This document shows positions 22,389 through 35,869 of a stretch of 64,000 nucleotides of DNA, piece by piece. This DNA is from Octopus bimaculoides. Taxonomy: Eukaryota. The position numbers were made by a program, and so were the translations under genes. Each line of letters starts with the position of its first letter. Position 1 is the stretch's first letter. The stretch is taken from NCBI RefSeq assembly GCF_001194135.2, contig NC_068991.1, positions 53,140,624 through 53,204,623 on the forward strand. Reading direction: 5' to 3'. The notes beneath the pieces were generated by a model, which was given only the letters and a program-made list of their open reading frames with translations, did not search any database and was not told the origin of the DNA.

Positions 22389-23972
22389 CCCAGAACCATG
22401 CTAATAGCTTAAGAATGAAATTTAAGACTTCTTGGTTTTGTGAATCGATTTTGATAAAACTCTTCCCAGCTGGTTTGCACATTATGGCAACACCATTGGT
22501 ATCTTTTCATTATTCTATGTAAAGTCCTTTTTTATTTCAGATTCTTCAGTTTTTGGGTGAACCACACTAATAGTGTCTCTCCTCTCTAAGAGCAATGGGG
22601 CATGGAAAAGGCCTTAACGATGAAAAGTCTGTCATCATCAAGCAAAAGTGATAAAAGCACCTCTCTTCATGTCATTGCGGAGAAATTAGGTTGCCATGTA
22701 GATAGGGTTAGACGATTCCTGAAAGGCCCTCCACCAAGGAAGAAATGATCCGATTCTGGCACCTCCAAGACTGTGACAGCTAGGAATATTGGCCACAAGT
22801 TATGTGGGAAACCTGGACAAGCAAGCAAAACCATTTTCACCATCTCTAGACTTCAAAACCACTAGAAATCACATCCATGGTTTCCGAGCAAGAACCTCTG
22901 GAACTGCCTCCAACACCCCATCACAAGAGTTTAAGGCTTCAATGGGCCCAAAAGTACATGATGTTAGTTGTGTTTTGTTCACTGATGAAACCAGAGCAAC
23001 CCTTGACAGACCTGATGGTTGGGTCTATTTTGGAGATGAGTGTCACCAACTTTTACATGAACAGCAGGGTGGAGGAGTCATGTGGGCTGGTTATCATTAG
23101 GGACAGACTTGTTGGCCCAGTCAGGGTGCCTGAAGGGGTTAAAGTGACCACAGTTGCCTACTGCAGTCTCCTGAAGGAGATCTTGGATTCCTGGCTAGAT
23201 GACATACTGCTGTTACTTCTAAGGAATCTCATATTCAAGCATGACAACGCTCCCTCCCCACTCAGCTAGGACCACCTAAACACTACTAGGGTCTTACAGC
23301 ATATGATGTGAAAGGCTGATGGTGTAATTGCCAGCATCTCCAGATTGCAACCCTATCGAAAATCTTTGGTCCATCATTAAGCAAGACGTTTATGCTGATG
23401 GACGCCAATTTATATCAAAAGATGTCTTATGAGCAACCATCAAAGCTGCAGCAGACGCGGTCTAACCAGATACTATTAAGAAATTGACAGATTCCATGAC
23501 TAATAGGGTTTTTGAAGTTATCCATCGAAATGGCGCTCTTGTGGCTATATAATTCATTATGTCAGTAAATGTTATAATATTATGGTTATCCGTTAAATAT
23601 ATACTCCAACACTACTCCTTATATCCCACCTCCACACGCATGCACACATGCCAATCATAACTCGTACACTGTTCACTTTCCTGTACTATGTACTGTATAT
23701 GCACTTTTGAGAAGTTGCAGTGCACCTGAGCACTATAAACAATTTCATTATTATTATAAGCTATTTTCATTCAAAAGCTATTAGTGTTGTTCACCCAAAA
23801 ACTGAAGAATCTGAAAATAAAACTAAAAAAATAAGGACATTACACAGAATAATGAAAACATAATGGTGCTGCCATAGTGTGCAAACCAGCTGGGAAATGT
23901 TTTATCAAAATTGATTCACAGAAAACTGAGAAATCCTAAATTTCACTCCTAAGCTATTAGCGTGGTTCTGGG
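22389..23972 (+). mobile_element. Tc1/mariner DNA transposon, DD37E (TRT-like), decayed but full length
   Basis: About 105 bp imperfect TIRs (cccagaaccatgctaatagc... / ...gctattagcgtggttctggg|TA). Transposase remnants IAEKLGCHVDRVRRFLK, VLFTDETRATLDRPDGW, FKHDNAPS, SPDCNPIENLWSIIK. 37 residues lie between the second D and the E after correcting one frameshift. Confidence 0.85.
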
Positions 23973-25138
23973 TAGACACACACACACACACACACAAACA
24001 TGAAAACCAACAATTTCGTAAATACGAACAATTTACCTGATTTGTCCCCCCCCCCAGTTGACAAACTTAAAGAGAAAATGTAAAGATAAAATTTAAAAAC
24101 ATTTTATTTTGTATACATATAAAGACATTTGAGGTGTTTAAATTTAAAAAAAATTTAAATATAGGGCAAGAGAGAGAATGAGTTTTTGTGTGTGTGTGTG
24201 TGTGTGTTAAGGATGGTATGATTGTACATACCAATTACAAAACAATTGCTTAATTAGCATAGGGAAATGAGAAAGTCTAAAAAAATTTTTTTTTTACAAT
24301 GTTGAACTTTTAGAGGAATTGGTGCATATGCTGAAACGTGAACAATATTATAGTGATAATAGTCATTACCTAAAAACTGTTTTTTAAAAATTTTTATTAA
24401 GTACTGCATATTTCCAACCAATCCATCAAGAATTTAATCTTCTGGCAGGAATAAATCAGTTTTTAGTAATCCTAAAATGTAATAATGGATTAGTGGACGT
24501 TAACAAAAATGACAATTCACTTGAAAGACTTTAGGTCAGAAGCTTATAAAAAAATAACGGACAGTAATTAAAAGAAAATTTATGTCCAGAAATGATAGGT
24601 TGAATTAGAAATTATTTTAGTGGATATTAAATAGAAAGGCAAAAGCAGATATTGTCAGAGAGGCTGTACAATTTGAACAACCAATGGTACATGGGGTGGA
24701 GAAAGTATTAAAGAGTAGACAATGATTAAATAGTATTCATGAAATACTTTGTGTGTATATATATTTTATACACACACACAATCATTTAAACACTCTGTCC
24801 AACAAAACTTAAACATTATCCATGTACCTTTCTGCAAGTATGATACTCAGGGTTTAAAAAAATTATGCTTGTATGCGTGTATGTGGTTGTGTGTATGTGT
24901 GCATATATGCATAAATAATTCAAAGGAGACTAGCTAAGTGTCACAGCATATATTTTTCCATTTTTATATTTTATTTTTTTAAATATTCTGAAACAAGACT
25001 TTTTGATTCTTTATTTTAGGGTGTCCAAGGAAATCTTCCTAGAAAGTATGGCAATTACTTAGATTAATCATACTACATCCCAGAATTCGTTTTACCATTA
25101 TTTTAGAATACCATGCCCTGAGTTTATTCGGTCTGATA

Positions 25139-25200
<62 letters not shown>

Positions 25201-27822
25201 CAAGGTTTGTAGGTTCCACTAGTTCAGAGAAACACTCTGGAAAGTTTATAAAGCAAAATACTCATAATGAGCAATGTGTTATGTTAATTATTTCGAACAT
25301 GTTTTCTTTGAGTAGAGATGAACCTGTAGTTGGCATCACACAATTTATTGAAAATCTTCAAACACCAATATAAGTTAAATTCTTTCAGAGAAATAATGAT
25401 ATATAATTGTTCGTCTGGAAGTGTATATAATTTTGTCCTTTACAGTTGTATAATTTACAAGATTCTTTTGTTAACATGATTTCTTTGTTTCATAGTCACA
25501 GAATCTAAAAGATTTACCATTATCAAATATAGCATTTGTTCCAGTGTATTCACTGTTATGACTTTTGATTCTCAATAGTTATACAATCCAGTCAACCTTC
25601 AAAATATTCAGCAACTGGTAGGTGTTGCTTTGTAATTCATAACAGCCCAATAGTAATGTAGATAACGTTTTAGGTAGGTAATGATGGTAATATACACACA
25701 TATGTATCTGGGGTGTTTCACTGATGCTTGGTAGAGAAACTGCAGTAAAAGCAACACAGTTGCCGTAAGGACCAACATTAAAAGAAAAACTGAAAGAGAG
25801 AAATCAAAGAAAAATGTTAATATTTTACAAAAATATATTTGCAACTGGAAAATAAACCGAGAAAAATTAATTCGTATAGCATTGTTACAGTGTTCAATAT
25901 ATTAGTACACAAACATACAATTTACTACTATTTAATCTCTGCTATATTGAAATCAAATCTTTCGGATTTTAAATCATGTACATAGAAAATATCAGAATGC
26001 CTGTTACTAAAATAAGTTAGCATTAGGGGTGTTTTATCATACACTACTGTAGAATATTTGAATTAATCCCTTAAAATTTTAAGTTAAAATACTTTAAACT
26101 ATATGTTTATATAAGCTCATTTCAATACATTCAAATAGGTATGATATAAAATAATCCAGTCCCCAAAAATATGTCATGTCTCCACATCCTTAGTTCAAAT
26201 TCAGCCAAGATGAAGTTTGTTTTTTATTCTCCATGCTAACTGAAACAAAATCAAACAAAAACCTAATTCAGTTTATTTGATTATATAAAGTGGGACCAAC
26301 CTCTGTCAATGTAATTCATACATTTGTTACTTTTGACTGACATAAAATATGAGAATTTATTTCAATCACCCAAGTAGAAGAGGTGCAATTTCTTGAGACA
26401 TAGCCAAAGATACTGAATTTATTACTGTAAAGGATTGGTACCAGACAGTAAGTATAGCAAGGGTTTTGGCCACCTGCTTTCTTAAACCTAACATACCTTC
26501 AATTACATTTAATAAGTGACTGCCCTGTGTAGTCTGCATGCCCCATTAGAGCTATCATATCAAAGACAATGACTCAATAGCAAGTAATCACATGAATAAA
26601 AATAGCTCATGACAGAGTGTCACTGAGTTAATCTAATTAGTGCTGAGATGGTATTAGGATAAAATGATGGAAAAAATAGCAAGAGTTGTTTGCACTGCTG
26701 CTGGTAAAAATGGTTGATTGTATCACATATGAAGTATACGAGATGAGATGAATGTAATGTTGTATAATGAGATAGGCTTTGAGAGAGAAAGAGGTCTCAA
26801 ATAGGATTCAACGAAAGTGTTAAATGGTAAGTTGCCCGAAATGGGGAACATACATGATCCAAGAGAGGAATCTCAAATATTCACCAATGTACACATGTTT
26901 CTAAGTATGTTCCTGTTATAAGAAGGACTGAAAAATAATGGAGTAAAAAGTTGTATGTTTGCCAACAATGGAAGTATTCATGATGACATGGTATGTTAGA
27001 CCTTTCCTTTCACTCAGAATGGAGATACTGAAATGGCAAATCAAATATCAAGTTTTTCTACCACTATCTAGGAAATGGTCAACACAATATTCTTCATAAT
27101 TACTTTTAAATATCTTCTGACAAAAATGTGAAAATAAAATGAACTATGAAAAACCAAATTTATTTCACACTATGCTAATCAACATGTAATTTTAACATTT
27201 GTCTCTGAACAGAGACATTGGAAATATCCTGTAATGGAGAAATAATAACCTAATCTTGAAAAACCTCTTTAAAATATTTATAATCGATGACCTTTCAGTT
27301 TTACTACATAGCCAAGAATAATCCTGATAAGCTGGATTTCCTCAACACATGCAGTAAATAAATACATTGGTGTTAATGTTGACCATATACTAGACAAAAT
27401 ACTACATTGGTCTATTGCTTATATAGACCAGCAATAACATACTATGCAAAAATAAAATTATTAGCAAAACCTCAAACACAGTACACCCTCTTTGATCTCT
27501 AGCATTTGTATAACAGCCTATGCTTTTCTCTACTCACAAATTGCAGCCAACCCAAAGCTGCCTTGAATTTCTCAACCTCAGAAGAGCAGAACTTTTGATA
27601 CTTTGAGCAAAAACATTTTAAATTCAAAAGATTAGTGAATTACAGCCAATCTTTCATACAGTTTATCAAGCAACAAGTTTGTAAATGAAAATGATCATTT
27701 TTCACATGTGATACACATCCATATAACTGTGTGGCCAATACAAAATAGTGCAACTAGGAGAGAAAAGACGATCTAAACCCAAATGAAACATTTCAATTTA
27801 TCACCTCTCTATTACTTTCACC

Positions 27823-28201
27823 GTGGAGGTGCAATGGCCCAGTGGTTAGGGTAGCGGACTCATGGTCATAGGATTGCGGTTTCGATTCCCAGACCGGGCG
27901 TTGTGAGTGTTTATTGAGCGAAAACACCTAAAGCTCCACGAGGCTCCGGCAGGGGATGGTGGCGAATCCTGCTGTACTCTTTCACCACAACTTTCTCACT
28001 CTTACTTCCTGTTTCTGTTGTGCCTGTAATTCAGAGGGTCAGCCTTGTCACACTGTCACGCTGAATATCCCTGAGAACTACGTTAAGGGTACACGTGTCT
28101 GTGGAGTGCTCAGCCACTTGCACGTTAATTTCACGAGCAGGCTGTTCCGTTGATCAGATCAATTGGAACCCTCGACGTTGTAAGCGACGGAGTGCAACAA
28201 C
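27823..28201 (+). mobile_element. tRNA-derived SINE family A (young copy)
   Basis: Same body; perfect 12 bp TSD ATTACTTTCACC at 27811-27822 and 28202-28213. Confidence 0.88.
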
Positions 28202-29619
28202 ATTACTTTCACCACTGCCCACCCTTTCTGCAACTGAAACTGAACATTTCCTTTAGAGATCCATTCACTTGGATTTCTCATTCCTACTCTACTCCATGTA
28301 GAAATTTAGTGAACGAGACTCGTATCATTTCTCATTTTATTTGTAGATTTTCTATAGAATAACACTGCTAACACAAAAGTAGGATGCAGGATTGATTATA
28401 AACCTTTAATATATTTAGTAGTATACTATGGTTGCAAAACAAAATACTGTGTCCCTACCAGCAATTAATATTTACGCAACAGTTGCCAGGAATATATTTA
28501 ATATGTAAATTGGTCTATCCAACAGTGTTGCACCGCTAAACTTAGTGGCTATTTAAGTAATGTATTTGTAGATAATTAAAGGGTTGGATGTGGTGCTGAA
28601 GGAGCATAAACTCCTGAAATATGCATATATACCCATTATTTTTCTATCTCTGGTCACATTGCTTACATAGACATATTCACATATGAAATGTAGACAGCAT
28701 GAACTTATAAATCGTTAATATACATGGTAGTATATTATGGTTGTTAAACAAAATATAGTGTCTCTACCAGCGATTAACATTATTCCTCAATCTTGGAAGG
28801 GTTTTAAAAAAAAGCAATGGAAACTGCTCTTGCTGTGAATTAATAGACAAATATACATTTACAAATTATTATGAATAAATAATTAACCAAATGACAAAAA
28901 AAAATCTTTGATGGTTTAATGAAATAAGGAATGTTAAAATGTGCTGAAGTCTGAGTTATATCTAACCTCACCCAAACAATCAATTGTCCACACATAAATC
29001 ACAGATACTCTCTATTGTAAAACAGATTGAGCAAAATGGAACTAGTGTTGCAATGAATCCTGAAGGTTTTCAGGTCTTTAATGAAATTTAAAAAAAACAA
29101 CAAATAGTAAATCTAATAAGTATGTCTAATAAAACAATTTCAGTTCTGAAACACTTTAATCCTAAAATGTAATCAATTTGTAGAAAGTGGAAGCAGGATT
29201 TCATGATGTAAAGATTATAAACTTGCTGTATAGTTTTCTAGAACAAAAGCAAGCAAGCTTATTTAAGATAAATGTTGGAAAACAAATCTAAGTATAGTAA
29301 CAATATATATACTGAAAACTAAGTCAGTTTGGAATGGAATTATATTCATCACCGATAGGATTGTAGTCTCAGTAGCTGATATATTGGTTATTCACAAGAA
29401 CATATTAAAACGGTAAAAACTCATGGACCAAGTCATGAAATATGAGGAGAGTAACCAAAAATTTTAATGTGACACCATATAGCTTGGAAGTTTCAACACA
29501 AAATATTCTATGCCATTTGCTAAAGAGCTGCAGAAAATGGACTTGAAAAAACAAATACATTTATCTTGTGGAACCGGTTTATGTCTAGCTTTGTGAAAGT
29601 TCTTTCTATATGATTTATA

Positions 29620-29860
29620 GGCACAGGCATAGCTGTGTGGTACGAAATTTGCCTCCCAGTCACATGGTTCTTGGTTCAGTCCCACTGCATGGGACCTTGG
29701 GCAGATGTTTTCTATAGCCTTGGGTCAACCACACCCATGAGTGGATTTGATAGAAACTGGAAAAACCTGTATGTGTGTGCGTGTGTGTGTGCGTGTGTGT
29801 AGTGAACATCCCCCATAACTTAGTGGTTAGGGAAAAGACTGATAGAATAAATACCAGGCT
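29620..29860 (+). mobile_element. SINE family B (diverged)
   Basis: Head gctgtgtggtacgaaatttgcctcccagtcacatggttc..gttcagtcccactg. Confidence 0.65.
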
Positions 29861-31074
29861 CATAAAATATGATTTATATAACCTCTTACAGAATGGGGTA
29901 ACAAGAAACACTAATAAAGTATGAAAAACTATTGCCACTGACTGTCTTTTAACAGAAGCCAATTGGTCATAACAATGGAATGGAAAAAAAGTGGACAAAA
30001 CTACTAAGGAAAAGAAAGCTGTCCAGTACTATGAAAAATGCAGATTATTTGATATATAGGAATTATCGTGACATCTGAATTATGCAGTCCATTCATGTTT
30101 AAATGTATTAGGTGCAATGTTTGGTTAACATATTTTAACAAGGAGTATAGACTGCACTGATGATTCATTGGTAGTTTAGCTAAAGTGATTATTTAGGAAA
30201 TAACCAGTTCAGACAGTGCATGGATTAGTTAACTATAATAATGTACTGGGACATAACTAGTCAAAAATACCAGTTATTTAGTTCCCCAAATCAGCAATGA
30301 TGATCCTTTTACATTAGGCAGTGTGCATCACAACTACATTATTATTCAACATATCCTTTCAGACAGTAGTAGAGTATAATTAGAGAGTGATTCAATTTAT
30401 CAGTTGAGACACTTTTGTTGCTTCATTACATTAACAAGTTAACTTGGGTCAAACACTGAAGAAAGTACATCAAAATATTTTATATAAAATTATGTTCTCA
30501 CAACTAAATTGTATCAATCTAAAAGTGTAGCACTTGGAAGTCGTAATTTCTGAAGTATTACAAACATTTTCAGAATAGAAATATTTTAAAGAGGTAAAAT
30601 ATGCAACCAGTGTAATGCTTAAGTAACAATGTACGAAATCAATAAAATCTGTAGACAATATCATTTACTATCTATCTTTCATGCAGGAGAGCTGTACCAG
30701 GCTCCAACTGTCTGTTCTGGCATGGTTTCTACAGTTGAATGTCCTTCCTAACACTAACTGCTTTACAGAGTTTACTGGGTGCCTTTTATGTGGAACTATC
30801 ACCGGTGCTTAAAGAGAAAATTCATATTTTAAGTGAACTGTTACTCATTTTTATTAGTCAATTTTTTCAATTAAAGTGATTTATTAAAGATAATTGAAAT
30901 TGTAAATTCATTCTGAAACTAAATTTTGGAAAACAGTCATTGTTATTGAACACTCATATACAAGGTTAATTATTGATAATTACACAGACAAAAACTCCAT
31001 ATATATTTTCTAACTATCATGATTATGTAAACGCTACAATTAAAGTTATATTCCTTGTGTACCTTATTTTACAG

Positions 31075-31134
31075 GATATCAAACCTTTGATCCAATATTA
31101 ACTCTCAAATTATTAAATGAAATTCCCTTGAAAG
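31075..31134 (+). CDS. Candidate exon of plus-strand gene (YQTFDPILTLKLLNEIPLK)
   Basis: Strong acceptor ttccttgtgtaccttattttacAG, single open frame, donor AAG|GTTTCA; phase 1 to 1. Confidence 0.33.
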
Positions 31135-31189
31135 GTTTCACTTACTGAGATGAATTTTTACTTCCCATATCTTCTATCCAAAGGATCAC

Positions 31190-32050
31190 TTCACCCAACT
31201 GTCATCCTCCATACATATCACATATCCTAACCACACTAATCCAATTCCCTTTTTTTTTTTTTTTTTACTCAATTCTTCCTGAAGCTCGTTTGTATTTTAT
31301 CATCCATACATGCTAACATCAACCAACCAACAGAATGTGCTCACCTCATTTTTTTCCAGCTTCAGCACATCTTCCACATTCAACTGTCCACAAGCAACAT
31401 ACAATTTTATTCTTCAGTTGCACAGAGAATTCCTTTTCCCATTACTTTTACTCTGGATACTATGCTTTCAGAACTACAAACACTAATAATTAGGACCCGA
31501 AATAACAAACGACTTCGAGGGACCCTTGTGAGAATTTATTTCAAAGGTGCTCTTCTTGCTAACAACTCCTATACAAAGCTTTTTTCAGTTTGTTAGCACA
31601 CAACACTATACTGGGTGCACCCAAATAGAATTCTTTCAGTAACCAGCACATTTCTGTCGAGTCCTCTTGAATTTTTTCCTGCTAATTAAAAAAGGATTTT
31701 CTTTCCTAGGTTTATTTAAACTCTTCAATGTTTGGAATTTGATCTTTAAGTCTTTAATATCTACCATAACAGCAGTCTTCAGACTTTACTGTTATGTATG
31801 GCCTGGAGAACTGTAATAACTCCTTACTGATCTCATTGCTAACTCCCACCTTAGTTGATGGAAACTCTATGCAATAGCTTGCATACACTCACAAGCCATA
31901 CCTCAACACCCAATTTTCACAGTGACCACTAGACTAGAAGGCAAGGTTTTCTCCAGATCAACAGATATTTCTATTTCTTTATCTTTGTAGCAGTCATAGG
32001 GTACGTCTCTATACAACCTGTTTGGCAATGCAAATGTCTAGGAAGTGTCC
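31190..32050 (-). mobile_element. Decayed RTE LINE fragment (RT domain to C-terminus)
   Basis: Remnants resembling VDLEK, VQAMY..KVRV, FIIVLQAI and EDVLKLEKNEVSTFCWLVDVSM on the minus strand. Confidence 0.55.
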
Positions 32051-33214
32051 TATATCACTGAATAATTCAGCATTTCAGCGACTATCCTGACTAGCTATTT
32101 CCCCTGTCTAATACCGATGTAATTAGAGGTGGAAATTGTGAAAATATTTACAACTAAGTGACTTGCATCTTCACAGAAAATATAAAGAGGTGCCAGACTG
32201 TACTCGTCAGACCCATGATTAAAATACTCCATTCATGACCATCCCACTTCAGACACATTGTGTCAAGAACTGCATTAATTCCGTGTGTTAAAATGGCAGT
32301 GAGATGGGGTTGCTTTTTCTAGCAGGACTTGCAACCATTTATTGGTTTGTGTAAATACTAGTGATTAAAATAAATATAAACTCAATTTATAACAAATTAA
32401 ATGAAGGGATCTTCAGTTGGTTTCAATGAGGATATTCCAATGATTTAATTAGTTGAAAGAATTATAATATACGTGACTGAGTATTCCAAGATATGTATAT
32501 CTTTAAATGTAATCCTCAGGCAGAATTAGTATGCCAGTGTTTGACAAAATTGGTCCTGTGAATTAGATACAAGACATGATAGGCTTTCAGAGTTTTCAAT
32601 TTTCATTCACAGGGTTTGAATAAGCTTGAGGTTATAGTAAGAAGACACTTGCCTAAGGTACCATGCAGTGGAATCAAACCCAGGACCTCAAGATTGCAAT
32701 GCCAACTCCTTAACCACTCAGCCATACCAGCATCCAAATATAAGGTTTATCCACTAATGGGAATGTTAGGTGAAAAAGGTAAGATTGAGTGATGGTCTTG
32801 TGAAAACTAACATTAAAAGTGATGTTTAATGCAGCAGATTTTAACTATAGTATTGTTAAACAGCAATAAATATAGATGTGAACAAGGTTTTTGGAATTTA
32901 AAAAAAAACAAAGAGAAACCTTTTGCAATTAATTGATCACTGAGACCAGGAACCACATTAATAAATCTGATAGAAATGGTGCACAGTTTATAAATAAAGT
33001 GAAACTCAAGTAGAATGCTACAACCAACAGATTTTTGAAAAGAACTTCAAGTTAAGGAGAATAAAACATCTTTGAGAATCTGTGGTCCCAGAGAATAAAT
33101 CAAGAAACCACATAATTGTGCAAAATGTTTTAAGATATTTCAATTCACCTCCACTTAGTCATTCAAGTCTACATTAATTCTGCTATCTGTGTGTGTATAC
33201 AAAGACACACACAC

Positions 33215-33345
33215 TTTTCCTCACTTATTCTGCCACTCCATACACGCACCTCCCTCCACATTTATTCCGCTACTCCATACACGTACATCACTCCTCATTT
33301 ATTCCGCTACTCCATATGTACATCCCTCCTCACTCATTACTGCTA
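33215..33345. repeat. Minisatellite, about 3 units of 35-40 bp
   Basis: Repeated tcctca.ttattccgctactccata..cg.ac core. Confidence 0.75.
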
Positions 33346-33826
33346 AACAACTACACAATCTTCAGGGATATTAATTATATGAAAAGGTAATAGCTTTAAC
33401 TTTTTATGCTCATATCACAAACCTCACCCATAACAAAGTTGTTCTTTAAAAGATTATGGAAGATCATATGACTTACTGTTGCCTTCTGCAACTAACTAGA
33501 CGAAGTAGCTAGTGGTTAGGGTGGTGTCGATTCCTGGACCTGACAATGCATTGTGTTGTTGGGCAAAACACTTCATTTCAAATTGTTCTAGTTCACTCAA
33601 CTGCAACTGAGGAACCCTGCAACAAACTAGCACCTCATTCAGGAGGCAATCTTATGATCTTGGTCACCTATACAACATGGAAACCAGGTAATGGCCTCAT
33701 GCGTCCAGGTACTCAAGATAGTTATGTTCAGGGGTTGATATTTACAGCAGCTAACCAGCATCTTTGTACAGTAAGTTTTTAAATATTGGAGATCTTCAAC
33801 CTCCCCCACCACCACCACTCCCACAG

Positions 33827-33916
33827 ACATTTAATTCTGAACACTTGTTACTTGAAAGACTAGAACAAGAGTATTTGCAACAAAATTGGTGGAAGCTCAA
33901 TTCTTCCACAAATCAA
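33827..33916 (+). CDS. Candidate exon of plus-strand gene (TFNSEHLLLERLEQEYLQQNWWKLNSSTNQ)
   Basis: Acceptor ccaccactcccacAG, 90 nt open; donor weak (CAA|GTTTAT). Confidence 0.3.
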
Positions 33917-34278
33917 GTTTATCTTGTATTTGGCCTCATTTAAGCTACAATTGTAGATAGTAAAGTTATGTTATTGAAATACCTTTTCCAATGTTAAGAA
34001 TACAAAAAACTCCAGTACAGACTAAGCTAATTCAAACAAATTTAATCACCATGGCTCAAAGTCTTAAAAACCTCAACTAGCTATTTGCAGTAAAATTGTT
34101 ATATAATGAAGATTAAGGTTGCTCAGCTATTGATAGTTACAGCAACATTCATAGTTTAATTTTTCTTTCATTAGTTATGGAAAGAAATTTAATAGCAAGT
34201 CATCAAATCAACCACTTGATAACTGACCTATTTAAAATTTGACAAATTTAGACATGTTTATACTTTGTTTTCTTATAG

Positions 34279-34438
34279 ACTAATATGGGTTGTGCAGGTA
34301 TTACTGTGTGGTTCTGGATCTGACCCAACCTTCACTGCAGATTACCCGTCACTCAGGTTACACAATCTGTCAACAATTGCGGATGAGCCTTCCAGGCATT
34401 TGAAAAAGAAATGGAAAAAATGTTCATATCAAAAATAA
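34279..34438 (+). CDS. Candidate terminal exon of plus-strand gene (LIWVVQVLLCGSGSDPTFTADYPSLRLHNLSTIADEPSRHLKKKWKKCSYQK*)
   Basis: Acceptor tactttgttttcttatAG. GC-richer island open for 52 codons in phase 2; stop TAA overlaps an AATAAA. An alternative 19 nt exon (donor CAG|GTATTA) or phase-0 reading is possible. Confidence 0.35.
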
Positions 34439-34934
34439 AAAGAAAAGTGAAAACAAATCCAAATTTCTTTTTATTTATCATCTAATATAGTTTAGAAATA
34501 ATATATTTAAGCTGAAGTCACTTAACTTTTATTCCTACTTGTACAATTCTTTTCTACAAATATAAGCCATAGCATTTACACTTAAAAAATGGAGTGGATG
34601 GGAAGAAATGAGGAAAAAAGAAAAAAGGAAAAAACGATAAGCAAATAATCCTTGAAAATAATTTTGATATAGAAATTTTGAGCTGTGAGAAAATAGCACA
34701 AGTGAAAACTGAAGTACTTACATTGAATAGCAAATAAAATGAAAGCAACAAAAATGTCTACATTGTCTTCATTAAACAGTAAAAATTTTGAATAGTTTTT
34801 CATTAATAACTATTTCCATAAAAACAAAAAGGAAAAAAATCTGCGGATAGAAGAGATTCGACTTGAAAAGAGGCAATAAGCAGGTAGCTGACAAAGTGTA
34901 TTACACGTCACAGCAGACAAGAGACAGTACATAC

Positions 34935-35002
34935 CCAGATATAGTTTACTTTGGATGTTTAAATGCACCTGAACGACGGAAGGAACAGCAGGTTTGAGGC
35001 AT
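34935..35002 (-). CDS. Candidate BICD penultimate exon (68 nt)
   Basis: Acceptor ttactttttgtcAG, donor TGG|GTATGT. Followed by a 94 nt intron-like stretch ending tcttctatccgcAG (34841), a U-rich UTR-like region, AATAAA on minus at 34533-34528 and 34475-34470, then a U-rich downstream tract. Reads MPQTCCSFRRSGAFKHPK* in phase 0 or (K)CLKPAVPSVVQVHLNIQSKLYL in phase 2. Confidence 0.4.
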
Positions 35003-35125
35003 CTGACAAAAAGTAATTAAGAACCTTCAAGAATGTGAAAAGAGACAAGGGTAGGCAATGATTGCTACAAAATATGCCTCATATTAACCAAAGCCTGTGG
35101 TATTGTTTTAATAATACCAGCGTAA

Positions 35126-35156
<31 letters not shown>

Positions 35157-35732
35157 TTGGTAATGATTAAGGATTAGTGGCAGCAAATGAACACAAAATG
35201 TGCAGTGGATCCATCAACTTAGAATAAATCTGAAGAACTGATTTTGAAACTTACAATAAAAATTTGAACAGATTTTCAAAACAGCTACAATAAATATATA
35301 CACAATTTAATGGAAAATATTTATTCCAGCCAATTTAGAAGGTAGTAACAAAAACACTGATGACAGAAATTCTGTATAACATTTAACAGATTTTTAATAA
35401 AAACTGATATAACTAAAATACTTGAATTGCTAAGTCATAGCAAGTTATCCAGGCTAACATTTAAGTCATATCAATTTTACTCTACAAACCAAGTAAAAAA
35501 AAAAAGTGGTCAGAAGTACAATATTTCCAATTGACAATTGAGTTCTAATTCTCAATTACAAATATTGCAATCATAGAAATAGTCTTTTAAAAACTTGCAT
35601 TGAGAGAAAGAGATATGCGGGGAAGCAGGTATTGTATTTATATCAACATTTAATATATTTACACACAGACATAATTACATATATAATCATATGTATACAT
35701 GCATAAATATAATTACATAGAAACATGTACAA

Positions 35733-35764
<32 letters not shown>

Positions 35765-35869
35765 GTACATATATTCACACACATACAAAAAATACATATA
35801 CATATGTATATAAAGTATGCATGTAGATATATGAACATAAGTAAATATGTACATACACATTGACGAGTT

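Noticed and set aside
25608-25844. Minus-strand ORF with a hydrophobic stretch (FLLMLVLTATVLLLLQFLYQ) resembling a type II signal anchor, loosely fukutin-like
   Set aside because: No good donor, and no further matching exons or motifs were found downstream. T-rich sequence readily gives hydrophobic frames.
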